Source: Patescibacteria group bacterium (GTDB lineage: Bacteria > Patescibacteriota > Microgenomatia > UBA8517). From it: a stretch of 64,000 bases of DNA. The position numbers and the translations under genes are program-made. Of this stretch, positions 18,536 to 27,758 are shown piece after piece. The stretch lies in assembly GCA_035692185.1 (NCBI GenBank), contig DASSIE010000023.1:8259-72258 (forward strand). The letters run 5' to 3'. Numbering within the stretch: position 1 is the stretch's first letter; each line of letters begins with the position of its first letter. The notes below the pieces were generated by a model that did not search any database, was not told the DNA's origin, and worked only from the letters and a program-made list of their open reading frames with translations.

Positions 18536-19621
18536 TCAAAAGGCCCACTGCCCCCGAGTAAAGAGTGTTGCTAAAGAAATAAGTAGTCCAATGGAAACAA
18601 ATCTCCAAATTAATTTAAAACTAGCATTTCTTTCGGCTAGTGCAATTAAAACAAAAAATGGCGGAATGGAAAGAATGTATCTCGGAGTACTTAAGATAAA
18701 ACTGGTTGAAGAAAATAAAATTACACTTAATAAGTAATATATTGCCCAAGATTTCCTTAAAAATTTAAATACATATGGAATTAAAATCCAAGAAAAAATA
18801 ACTGTAATTCCTTCTGCCCAACCAACCATTATTCCAAAACTGTTTAAACTTCCAGAAAATGCAATTCTCCAAGTGTCTGTGATACTGGCTAAGGGGGAAA
18901 CAAAACGTTTTTGCCAATGATTTAGTAGAATGTTTTGAAATTCAAAAGCATTTCCGTATATCAAGTGATTTAGATATAAATATGCAAAAACTGCAACTAC
19001 AGATGGAAAAACAATAATTGGTAAAGATTTCCAACTTTTGTTTTTACTCATTAGCCATTCAATTAAAATTGCTGGCAGTAAAAGTATCCCGAATGGTCTG
19101 GTGATAGCACCCAACGCAGTTAATAGTCCTGCAACTATCCAATTGTTTTTTCTTGCTGTGTAAAAAGAAGTTGCGAACAAAAATAAGAATAAAGATTCGG
19201 TATAAGGTGCATTAAAAAAGTATGAGGTGGGAAAAATAGCCATTGCGACAATCGTCCAAGTGGCAATTTTTTCAGAGTAATCAAGCCTGACAAGTTTGTA
19301 AAAGAAATAGCTACCCAAAACATATAAAACCACAGACGTCATTATTCCCACAATGACTGGATTAAAAGAAAAAAGTAAGGTTTTAATTATCAATGGATAC
19401 AGAGGGAAAAATACTATAAAATTGGCTTCATCGCCAATATTTGTATACCAGTGTTGGGCTAGGTAGATATAATGTGGGGCGTCCCACCTGTTCCAGGCCG
19501 ATATTGTAAAATCAAAAAAATTTTGAGAATGATTTTCAGGGTAAAGAAGGGTGATGAGTAGCCAGGGAATAACCAAAATTAGGAAACGCGAGATGATTAC
19601 AAAAATTAAAAGCTTTTTCAT
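18536..19621 (-). CDS. Polytopic membrane glycosyltransferase-like protein (GT-C / DUF2029 / PIG-V-like)
   Basis: About 9 TM helices. Conserved WDAPHYIYLAQHWY loop. The track start is TTG at 19741; internal ATGs at 19663 and 19621 are alternatives. Confidence 0.4.
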   Translation of the reverse strand: MKKLLIFVIISRFLILVIPWLLITLLYPENHSQNFFDFTISAWNRWDAPHYIYLAQHWYTNIGDEANFIVFFPLYPLIIKTLLFSFNPVIVGIMTSVVLYVLGSYFFYKLVRLDYSEKIATWTIVAMAIFPTSYFFNAPYTESLFLFLFATSFYTARKNNWIVAGLLTALGAITRPFGILLLPAILIEWLMSKNKSWKSLPIIVFPSVVAVFAYLYLNHLIYGNAFEFQNILLNHWQKRFVSPLASITDTWRIAFSGSLNSFGIMVGWAEGITVIFSWILIPYVFKFLRKSWAIYYLLSVILFSSTSFILSTPRYILSIPPFFVLIALAERNASFKLIWRFVSIGLLISLATLFTRGQWAF

Positions 19622-19637
19622 TTCTAATATTAGTATT

Positions 19638-22055
19638 ATGACAGCTATATTTATAGTTTTCATAATACGTTTTTTACTCTCCAACCTCCCCAGCTTTGGT
19701 TTTGATATGGGAACTTGGTTTGGTTGGGCGAACAGGCTCAATTCACTTGGCCTTTCTAAGTTTTATTCTGATACTGATTGGACGCAATACACGCCAGGAT
19801 ATATGTATTGGCTTTGGACGATTGGCAAATTGGGTTGGACAAATGAATTTGCAATTAAAATCCCGGTTTTACTTGCCGACCTTGGAGTCGGGGTTTTAAT
19901 ATGGTCATTAATTCGAAAAGTAAATTTAAAACTTGCTTACTTATCTTTCTTTTTATATACGTTAAATCCTGTTGTTATTTTTGATGGTAGTATTTGGGGA
20001 CAAATAGACGGCTTACTTACCTTATTTCTATTTCTGTCTGCCTACTACTTGATAGAGAAAAAGAATTTTGTTTTATCAGTTTTATTTTGGTCTTTTGCTT
20101 TTCTTATTAAACCACAATCAATTGCGGTTTTGCCCGCACTATTAATGGCAGTTTTAATTAAAAAATTCAAATTAAAAGAAATTGTTATAGCAGGAATAGT
20201 GGGGACTATCACAATACTTATTTTGTCCTGGCCATTTTTTGTAGATGATCCAGTTTTAGGGTTACCACGCTTAGTTATTAAAATGACACAGTATTATACC
20301 TACACCTCAGTAAACGCTTTTAATATTTGGTCATGGGTTGGAATGTGGAAAAGCGATACCCAATTATTCCTCGGAATAAGTCTTGCTAGTTGGGGAGCAA
20401 TTTTGCTTGGATCCTCAGTAGTTTTAACCTTGTTTTCGTTCAGAAAAAAATTAGATCAAAAATCAAACTATTATCTTTTGTTTGCTATTCTTAGTCTTTG
20501 TTTTTTCCTCTTTCCAACTAAAGTTCATGAAAGATATCTTTTTCCTTTTTTTGCATTCCTTTTGACTTCAGCAGGACTCTCTAAATCCATAAATCTTATT
20601 GGTATTTATATTGTGACTTCAATTGCGTCTTTCTTAAATCTCTATTATCCATATTCCTATTACTATCCGACACAACTGCGATCTGATTTTTTATATAATC
20701 TAAGCGAAAATCTGACAAAGTTGGTAGGCTTTGTTTTTCTTATGGCGTATTTTGCACTTTTGTTTTGGGAAAAATTGCCAAAAATTAATTTTCCTAACTT
20801 TTTCTGGCAGAGCCAGATCCTGCTTCGCAGGACAAATACAGGATTTCCAAAACTTTCTTTATCTAAAAAAACGACAAAGATAATTATTGGTTTAATTTTA
20901 ATTTTTGCATTTGCAACAAGAGTCTTTGAGCTAGGTTCTCCCCCAAAAGAATATTTTGATGAGGTTTATCATGCCTTTACTGCCCGATCAATACTAAACG
21001 GCGACATTAAGGCGTGGGAGTGGTGGAATACCCCACCTGAAGGGTTTGCATATGAATGGACACATCCACCGATCGCAAAACTTGGAATGGTATTGGGGAT
21101 GAAAATATTTGGCGAAAACTCTTTTGGTTGGAGAATTCCTGGTGCACTTTTAGGTGTGGGGAGCGTTTTTATGGTTTACTTGATTGCTAAAAGATTATTT
21201 GATGATGAGGCGATTGGTCTTATCGCTGCGGGAGTGTTTAGTTTGGATGGTCTTCCTTTGGTTTTAAGTAGAATCGGAATGAATGATTCATATTTATTAT
21301 TTTTTATACTTCTTTCTATCTATTTATTTTTAAAAGAAAAGAATTTTGCCTCAGCAATTGTTTTTGGTTTAGCACTTGCTTCCAAATGGAGCGCTATTTG
21401 GGCAATTCCAATTCTTGGAGTGATTTGGCTAAGGCGTTTAATCAAAAATAAATCATTCAAAATTTCTACTCTTTGGTTTTTAGTACTTCCTTTTTTGGTC
21501 TATTTTCTTAGTTATTTACCAATGTTTTTATCAAACCACTCGTTATCTATTTGGTGGGAGATGCAGAAGCAAATGTGGTGGTACCACACAGGCCTACGTG
21601 CTACTCACCCTTACAGTTCTTCATGGTGGAGTTGGCCTTTTCTTCTTCGCCCAATTTACCTTTACACAAGTGATGAGGTTGGCGGATGGGTAGCTAGAAT
21701 TTATTCGATGGGTAATCCGTTGGTGTTTTGGTTTGGCTTAACGTCAATAATTATGAGTTTTATTTACGCTCGCGTTGAGCGAAATAAAAATTTGGGTTTT
21801 GTAGTTTTTTCCTATTTAATATTTTTTGTACCCTGGGCCCTCTCGCCTAGAATAATGTTTTTGTATCACTACCTTCCATCCATTCCATTCATGTGTATTG
21901 CAATTGCTTATGTTTTGCGCCGTAATCCTAAATTGATATTGGGCTATCTGCTTATTTGTTTATTGGTATTTATTTATTTCTATCCACATTGGGCCGGGCT
22001 TCAAGTCCCACTTTGGCTAGACAAAAGTTACTATTGGATTGGAAGTTGGAGATAA
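19638..22055 (+). CDS. Large two-module membrane glycosyltransferase: N-terminal GT-C/DUF2029-like module plus C-terminal PMT/ArnT-family (GT39-like) module
   Basis: More than 20 TM segments. The second module begins ELGSPPKEYFDEVYHAFTARSIL (DE motif of PMT/GT39). The track start is GTG at 19551, which overlaps the divergent gene; ATGs at 19593 and 19638 are alternatives. Confidence 0.5.
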   Translation: MTAIFIVFIIRFLLSNLPSFGFDMGTWFGWANRLNSLGLSKFYSDTDWTQYTPGYMYWLWTIGKLGWTNEFAIKIPVLLADLGVGVLIWSLIRKVNLKLAYLSFFLYTLNPVVIFDGSIWGQIDGLLTLFLFLSAYYLIEKKNFVLSVLFWSFAFLIKPQSIAVLPALLMAVLIKKFKLKEIVIAGIVGTITILILSWPFFVDDPVLGLPRLVIKMTQYYTYTSVNAFNIWSWVGMWKSDTQLFLGISLASWGAILLGSSVVLTLFSFRKKLDQKSNYYLLFAILSLCFFLFPTKVHERYLFPFFAFLLTSAGLSKSINLIGIYIVTSIASFLNLYYPYSYYYPTQLRSDFLYNLSENLTKLVGFVFLMAYFALLFWEKLPKINFPNFFWQSQILLRRTNTGFPKLSLSKKTTKIIIGLILIFAFATRVFELGSPPKEYFDEVYHAFTARSILNGDIKAWEWWNTPPEGFAYEWTHPPIAKLGMVLGMKIFGENSFGWRIPGALLGVGSVFMVYLIAKRLFDDEAIGLIAAGVFSLDGLPLVLSRIGMNDSYLLFFILLSIYLFLKEKNFASAIVFGLALASKWSAIWAIPILGVIWLRRLIKNKSFKISTLWFLVLPFLVYFLSYLPMFLSNHSLSIWWEMQKQMWWYHTGLRATHPYSSSWWSWPFLLRPIYLYTSDEVGGWVARIYSMGNPLVFWFGLTSIIMSFIYARVERNKNLGFVVFSYLIFFVPWALSPRIMFLYHYLPSIPFMCIAIAYVLRRNPKLILGYLLICLLVFIYFYPHWAGLQVPLWLDKSYYWIGSWR

Positions 22056-22070
22056 TAGTTGGTGTACTGA

Positions 22071-22358
22071 TTATGCTGGTTTCAAATAAAAATCCCCTTT
22101 TGCTAGTAAAAAAATAAGTAGCCCCAAAGCAATAATTACTATAAAAAAATAACCAATAGACCAAGCGCCACCTTGTGGGAAAAAAAGATCGAAAGGGTAA
22201 GAAGAAAAAATAATAGTTTTTAACTTTTTCAGAGAATTTGTAGTTACATAAAAAACAAAACAAAATATCGCAATTAATATAACCCCTGCGATTATGTTTA
22301 CATAATTTGTTTTTAAAAATTGAATGACTGGGGAGATTAGTAAAGATAATTTATTCAT
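22071..22358 (-). CDS. Small membrane protein (last gene of the surface operon)
   Basis: Hydrophobic 95-97 aa ORF. First ATG at 22358. Confidence 0.25.
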   Translation of the reverse strand: MNKLSLLISPVIQFLKTNYVNIIAGVILIAIFCFVFYVTTNSLKKLKTIIFSSYPFDLFFPQGGAWSIGYFFIVIIALGLLIFLLAKGDFYLKPA

Positions 22359-22371
22359 AATCAACTACTGC

Positions 22372-23031
22372 TTAGAGAGCAATTAGAAGCGAAGTTAATA
22401 TTACAAATATTCCCAGTGTGGCACCCACGATTGTTGGCCAAGTGGTACCTGATTGTGGCAAGGTTGGGGCTGGAGTCCCGGTTGGTCCAGGAGTGCCTGA
22501 ACAAGCACAGTTTGCGCTTGTGGTACAAGATGGGTTTCTACAGAAACCCTGTGAACAAATTAATCCATTTGCACAATTACTATTACTTCCGCAAGTTCCA
22601 TTACATGAGTTTGGAGTTGGTACCGGTGTTGCAGTAGGCGTTGCTGTTGCACAAGTACAATCTGCCTCGGTTAAGCATTGTGTATTCCTGCAGTTTCCAG
22701 TTGTTGCACCAGTTGGAATGTTACAAGTTAATCCAGATGAACACTGAGCGCTTGTTGTACAGACATCATTACATTGTGGAACTGGAGTAGCCGTTGGTGT
22801 TGGGCTTGGCGACGCCGTAGCCACAAGTGAAAAAGTTAGGACACAAGAAGATGGGGGAACTGTTGGCGTTACCTCTTGTGCCTTTGGAATACTGCTAGGC
22901 ACATTAGGGGCCACTGGTTGGCTCCTTAATTGGTAAAGTCTAATGGCCGTAAAAATAGCAACTCCCGCTAGCACTAGGGTTGCTAAAATTATTAAAAATG
23001 TTCCTACTTTACCTTTAAAAAAATTTTTCAT
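22372..23031 (-). CDS. Cysteine-rich, Thr/Pro-rich surface protein with N-terminal signal-anchor and C-terminal LPQSG + hydrophobic tail (possible sortase substrate)
   Basis: N-terminal TM, PT-rich linker, then about 20 Cys in ~100 aa (CNDVCTTSAQCSSGLTCN...CRNPSCTTSANCACSG), then TLPQSGTTWPTIVGATLGIFVILTSLLIAL. Confidence 0.4.
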   Translation of the reverse strand: MKNFFKGKVGTFLIILATLVLAGVAIFTAIRLYQLRSQPVAPNVPSSIPKAQEVTPTVPPSSCVLTFSLVATASPSPTPTATPVPQCNDVCTTSAQCSSGLTCNIPTGATTGNCRNTQCLTEADCTCATATPTATPVPTPNSCNGTCGSNSNCANGLICSQGFCRNPSCTTSANCACSGTPGPTGTPAPTLPQSGTTWPTIVGATLGIFVILTSLLIAL

Positions 23032-23074
23032 GCTATTTTGGCTATCTTTAAGTTTACTTTAGACCGCTCCAAAT

Positions 23075-24439
23075 TTATTTATAACCCAAAGTTACGTGAT
23101 GAATTTGGGCTGATATATTAAACGTTGTTACTGCAGCTGGAATTGTATAAGCCTGACAAAAATCTTGTGTAGTTGGTCTTTTGGTTGTTGTTTCAGTTTG
23201 GGCGACTCCATTAATTGTAAATTTAGCCTTATCAAAGGCAGATCCATCGCTAGCAGATCCTACAACACAGAAGTTAACAGCTGTAGTTGGAGCTAGAGCC
23301 GAAAGTTGCGCCGCGGTAAGCGCTGTCCAAGTAGCAGAATAGGCTTTTATGTTCTGACACTGGGCAGTGAGTGTTGTTGTTTCTTCCCCACCTGAAGTAC
23401 AAGGCACAACTGTTGTTTTAAATCCTTGGCATGCAGTGTCGGTTTGAATAGTTCCACAGAAATTTGTTGGACGATTGTTTAAGTTTTGCTGACAACCACC
23501 TGAGGTATCTTGTGACCCAACACAATAATATGTGCTTACGGTTCCACAAGCAGCCCCCCCTGCACCCCCGGAAGTTTGGGAATTGGAAAAAACTGCGCAA
23601 AGCCCATCAGTACCGCCACACTGCGTACTAAATCCTCTATCAAAACAAACCTTACCTTTAGTTGAAGTAGCGCATGGACATTCCGCGGATTGAAATCCTG
23701 ACGGGCATGCATCTTTTGAGCCAACTTCTACGTAATTTGCACCTCTCACAGGTTCAAAATTACATTCCTGTCGCAACATGTCATCGCAAGTTTTGTCCAC
23801 CGGGAGAATACAAAAACCACCGCAACCACTTGGTGTGACACCACACTGTTTTGCTCCCGAGGCACCACAGCTCACAATAGTGGTAGTAGCGTTTCCGTTG
23901 TCATCTTGAGCACGTTCGCTACATCTGTTTGTTCCCTCATTGTAACCTGATGGACAACCACATCCCCCATTAGAAAGACAGGTACCATTGATTGTCGCCC
24001 CTTGATCCGATTTACAAGCACATGCGCCTATTCCAACAGCTTTCTCACTAATATTCTGATCTTGTTGAGTTAAAATTACTCCTCCTGCAACTCCACCAAT
24101 AAGCAAGAAAAGTCCTAATATTGTTGCAATAATTTTGCCGCCGCCAAACTTTTTCTTTGGAGTTGCCGAAACCATAGTTGGGAATGAATCTTTTGGTAAA
24201 TTTTGGGGAGCTGCTGAACCCGCCTTTGCTGAAGCTTCGGCTGGCACGCCAGGTTGCTCTGTATTCTGGAAATCTGGTGGGAGTGGGGGTAGATCTGTAT
24301 GGTGTAAAAAAGAAGGAACCTCAGCTGGCTGTTGAACTGTTGGACTGTTAGGAATCAGCGGAACAACTGGACTGCTGGGGGCAGCTACAGGTGGTGTAGT
24401 TGTATTTTGATTTGGATCTGTTTGATTTGGGTCAGGCAT
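23075..24439 (-). CDS. Type II membrane protein with Pro-rich N-terminal region and a large cysteine/glycine-rich ectodomain
   Basis: Pro-rich N-terminus, a TM helix (IIATILGLFLLIGGVAGGVIL), then about 40 Cys spread over ~330 aa (ACACKSD...CGCPSG...CGGFC...). Confidence 0.4.
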   Translation of the reverse strand: MPDPNQTDPNQNTTTPPVAAPSSPVVPLIPNSPTVQQPAEVPSFLHHTDLPPLPPDFQNTEQPGVPAEASAKAGSAAPQNLPKDSFPTMVSATPKKKFGGGKIIATILGLFLLIGGVAGGVILTQQDQNISEKAVGIGACACKSDQGATINGTCLSNGGCGCPSGYNEGTNRCSERAQDDNGNATTTIVSCGASGAKQCGVTPSGCGGFCILPVDKTCDDMLRQECNFEPVRGANYVEVGSKDACPSGFQSAECPCATSTKGKVCFDRGFSTQCGGTDGLCAVFSNSQTSGGAGGAACGTVSTYYCVGSQDTSGGCQQNLNNRPTNFCGTIQTDTACQGFKTTVVPCTSGGEETTTLTAQCQNIKAYSATWTALTAAQLSALAPTTAVNFCVVGSASDGSAFDKAKFTINGVAQTETTTKRPTTQDFCQAYTIPAAVTTFNISAQIHHVTLGYK

Positions 24440-24440
24440 T

Positions 24441-25781
24441 TTAATCTTCAGCTATTTTTAAGATAGCAAACGAGAACAGTAATACTGCTATTCCAATAAT
24501 AGATAGTAGGATAGTTCCCGTCAAGGATCCAGTAACAGGAACAGGTTGAGAGGTAGCAGCTGGGGTAGGGTTTGGTGTACTTGTTGGTTTTATAGTAGCC
24601 GAACCCGAAGATGTTGGTGTTGCAATTATAGAGGGCGTTGATGTAGCAGAAGAAGAAGCTTCAAAGGCTGGTAATTCACTAGCTTGGACCACAAAACTTC
24701 TGGTTAAACTTCGTGTAATTCCAGTTGCGTCAACCCAAGAAATATTAATTGTATGAGCGCCGGGGGCTAGGTTAGCAGGAACGTTCCAATTCCATGAACC
24801 GTTTTTAGGAATTTCAATAACATCAGTTATTGGAGTTTCTGAGTTAACAGTAATTGTAATTGTTTCCCCACCCGGACCTTTGCCAAAAAACTGTGGCTGA
24901 TCTGTAGTTATAACCTCTCCTTCTTTTAAACTCTCCAAAATAACACTAGAAGAAGGGGTGGCGGTACCACCCTCAACATTAAATTTTGATGATGCAGTAG
25001 CGTCTTCTGGTAAATTTAAACTGGCCTCCGGAATTTGTCCCTCCGCGTTTATTGGAAGACTTCTAAAATCGTAAACCTGCCCCAATATTATTGTAGGAAC
25101 TGGATGGGCTGATTGTGGAAATACTTTAGCGGTTGATACGCCGTCAACCCCCCCCACAACTGAAATCTCCAGCAAAGTTTGAGCTGGATCGATCTGGGCA
25201 TAGCTAAGTAAGTCCGTGGTTCTGGTGTTGCCTATCTGGAAAACGTAATTACCATTGTCTGAAGTTAATGTCGACAGAAGGTACCCATTTATAGTCATAT
25301 AAACTAATGCTCTTTTAGCGGGAAGACCTGAAGCATTAATTACTGCACCCGAAACTGTATTTGTATTTTGATTTACATTTAATGTAGGACCAGTTGAGAC
25401 TTCCCAAGCAATACCTTTATTGTCGTAATTTGTCCCGTCTGAATTTATCTTGTAGAAGAATTTTTTACCAGGGGTAAGGCCTGTTAGTGTAATGCTATGT
25501 GTTACAAATTTTTGATCTGCTTCAGTTTCCTTTTCAATTTTTGGTAAGCTGTTTGCACTCTCTCCCCAACTAATAAAATTGAGAGATTCTTTATCGGTAG
25601 TCCAAGAAATAGTTGCTGAATTATCACTTATATTACTCACTCTTATATCAGTTGGTGCGGTTTTAACGTCAGCCCCAATTCTAAAAACCTGATTCATATT
25701 TAAGAAGAAGACTCCAGCAAAAATTCCTACTACGAGCATTACTATTCCTATAATTGTCGGAATCCTATTTGTTTTTTTCAT
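24441..25781 (-). CDS. Cell-surface protein with N-terminal TM, fibronectin type III-like domain and C-terminal TM anchor
   Basis: DIRVSNISDNSATISWTT...FFYKINSDGTNYD is Fn3/PAP-N-like. The C-terminus is a Thr/Pro/Ser-rich stalk ...VPVTGSLTGTILLSIIGIAVLLF. Confidence 0.4.
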   Translation of the reverse strand: MKKTNRIPTIIGIVMLVVGIFAGVFFLNMNQVFRIGADVKTAPTDIRVSNISDNSATISWTTDKESLNFISWGESANSLPKIEKETEADQKFVTHSITLTGLTPGKKFFYKINSDGTNYDNKGIAWEVSTGPTLNVNQNTNTVSGAVINASGLPAKRALVYMTINGYLLSTLTSDNGNYVFQIGNTRTTDLLSYAQIDPAQTLLEISVVGGVDGVSTAKVFPQSAHPVPTIILGQVYDFRSLPINAEGQIPEASLNLPEDATASSKFNVEGGTATPSSSVILESLKEGEVITTDQPQFFGKGPGGETITITVNSETPITDVIEIPKNGSWNWNVPANLAPGAHTINISWVDATGITRSLTRSFVVQASELPAFEASSSATSTPSIIATPTSSGSATIKPTSTPNPTPAATSQPVPVTGSLTGTILLSIIGIAVLLFSFAILKIAED

Positions 25782-26123
25782 TTATTGTGTGGTACCTGAT
25801 TCAGATGCGGGCGAGGAAACAGGAATTGCAGATGGGCTAGCAACAGCAGTTGCAGTTGGTATAGGAATAATAGTAGGGATAGGTGTTGCAACAACAAAGT
25901 TTGAACTAGGAATTTGTGAGTCATCAAGAAAAATCTTTGTATTAATTTGGTTTAAAGTAGCAGTATCTAGGCTAGGAGTTAAAGGTTCTGAAATTTCAGG
26001 TGGCACAACAGGCGCTGGTTTTGTAGCTATTGCTCTATAAACATTAAAACTAACCCACATGACTGCGGTCAGAAGAGTTAAAACAAGAACTGAAATAAAA
26101 TTTGGTATTTTTGTTTTTTGCAT
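25782..26123 (-). CDS. Small membrane-anchored Pro/Thr-rich protein (PilP-position gene)
   Basis: N-terminal TM followed by a PT-rich segment. Coupled with no gap to its neighbours. Confidence 0.3.
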   Translation of the reverse strand: MQKTKIPNFISVLVLTLLTAVMWVSFNVYRAIATKPAPVVPPEISEPLTPSLDTATLNQINTKIFLDDSQIPSSNFVVATPIPTIIPIPTATAVASPSAIPVSSPASESGTTQ

Positions 26124-26139
26124 ATTTATAAATTCTTAA

Positions 26140-26793
26140 TCATTGTCCCAAAAATGGTACCCGACCAGACAACGTAGTAACAATTACAAGACCTTTTTCA
26201 GTAGAGGACGCTGTTATTCCAACAACGTCCATTTTTACAGGAATCTTAATATTTTCAAGGTCTTTTAGAAACAACATTAAGCTTGGATAATCACCCTTTG
26301 CGCTAATTGAAATTGGCATTTCTTTTGCGTTTCCAGGAAGCGGTTTAACATCCCCAGAACTTTTCTTAACAGGAGAAGTTCCTACAAGGGTGACTTGTCC
26401 AATTGAAATTCCTAAAATAGATACATTATCTTTTGCAGCGATCCCCGCCACTTGTTTAGAAATAACGTCTGGTTTAGCAGTAGTTCCAACTGCAGAGTCA
26501 ACTCCAACGATAAGATTTTGATTTTGAGAAAAAACCGTACTCGCGGTTTTTAAGTCATTGATTTTTTGGTCAAGCCCCGCGACTGTTGTTTGTTTTTCCC
26601 GAATCTCTTTTAAAAGACTAATAATGGTTAAGGCGGTTGGCTTTAGGGCAAAAAGTAAAAATATTATTATTGTTGAAAGAGATAGTATAACTTCTAAAAA
26701 CACGCGAAGGTCTGCCCTTTTTTTGTAAAGAGACATTATATTTAGGAAAAAATCCCTGTATCTTAAATATTGTCCTCTCCAGCCTAGTGCCAT
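26140..26793 (-). CDS. PilO-like type IV pilus assembly protein
   Basis: N-terminal TM, coiled-coil (LLKEIREKQTTVAGLDQKINDLK), and C-terminal domain. Located immediately downstream of the PilN-like gene. Confidence 0.45.
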   Translation of the reverse strand: MALGWRGQYLRYRDFFLNIMSLYKKRADLRVFLEVILSLSTIIIFLLFALKPTALTIISLLKEIREKQTTVAGLDQKINDLKTASTVFSQNQNLIVGVDSAVGTTAKPDVISKQVAGIAAKDNVSILGISIGQVTLVGTSPVKKSSGDVKPLPGNAKEMPISISAKGDYPSLMLFLKDLENIKIPVKMDVVGITASSTEKGLVIVTTLSGRVPFLGQ

Positions 26794-26794
26794 G

Positions 26795-27338
26795 TTAAAA
26801 AATAATGTTTACAGTAAATATTGATAGTGACGGATTGTTTTCAGACGAATTAACCTGAGATAAATTAACCTCTTTAAATTGGGGAACAGATTTTAAGTTA
26901 GAAATAAATTGTGCGATTGCAATTTCTGATCCAGCAGTTCCTTTAACTTGCCCTAAACTGTCCTGAACAGAAACTGTGGAAAGCACGATACCACTTGGTA
27001 ATTTGGATGATATTGCATCAATCTTTTCTGTAGATTTAGTGCCTTGGGTAATAAGTTTTACAATATTAAGTTTTGATTGAAGACCTCTGAATTGTTTTTC
27101 AAAATCGGCCTGATTTGAAATCTGGGCGGTTCTATTTTTTATCGTATCGTTTAGGTCTGAATTCTGCGCATCGAGCCAAAAACGGGAAAGAAAGGCGGCC
27201 ATTACAATCATTTCAGTAATGATAACGATAATTCTAAAAGTTCCCATTGCCCACTTCAAAATCCGGCCAACTACCGATGTGTCGAATTCCTCTTGAGGCA
27301 GAAGATTTATATTGCTATTTTTGGGCATGATACAACTC
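26795..27338 (-). CDS. PilN-like type IV pilus assembly protein
   Basis: From the ATG at 27338 the protein starts MPKNSNINLLPQEE, with the INLLP signature of PilN. A TM helix and coiled-coil follow. Confidence 0.5.
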
Positions 27339-27398
27339 ACATTCAATATAACATATGAAACATCTCGTCGGAAGGCTTAAGGAGAATGGGGTTTAAGG

Positions 27399-27683
27399 CT
27401 ATTTCTTTTTAGCGACCTTTTTAACTGTTTTTTTAGCTTTTGGAGTAGATTTTGGCATTAACTTAGCAAGTTGAGATTTAATTCTTGCGGCTTTATTTTT
27501 GTGCATAACTCCTTTTTTCGCGGCACGATCAGTTAAAGAAATTGCTTTAGTCACTAAATCTCTGGTTTTGAGTTTTTTAGCTTGTCTTACGGCAAATTCG
27601 AGATTGCTTACAATAATCTTGTTTATAGATTCTTTTTCTTTAGAACTTCTTAGTGCTCTTTTGGCGGTTTTAGTTACTGGCAT
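27399..27683 (-). CDS. rpsT: 30S ribosomal protein S20
   Basis: 94 aa. MPVTKTAKRALRSSKEK ... KGVMHKNKAARIKSQLAKL matches bS20. Confidence 0.8.
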   Translation of the reverse strand: MPVTKTAKRALRSSKEKESINKIIVSNLEFAVRQAKKLKTRDLVTKAISLTDRAAKKGVMHKNKAARIKSQLAKLMPKSTPKAKKTVKKVAKKK

Positions 27684-27758
27684 GTCGATAGTATAATCGA
27701 ACCAGGATCAGAAGGCAATAATGAGCAGATGGCTTAGAATGCTGTATTATACAAAACT

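Noticed and set aside
19551-19741. Apparent 190 nt overlap of divergent GT-C genes in the ORF track
   Set aside because: Both track starts are non-ATG (GTG/TTG) upstream extensions. Internal ATGs shrink the overlap to near zero, so I did not report a genuine long antisense overlap. Start sites remain uncertain.
22416-22747. Two plus-strand ORFs (73 and 109 aa) antisense to the Cys-rich surface gene
   Set aside because: They are GC-rich antisense frames of a Cys/Gly/Thr-rich gene, which naturally stay open. No independent support.
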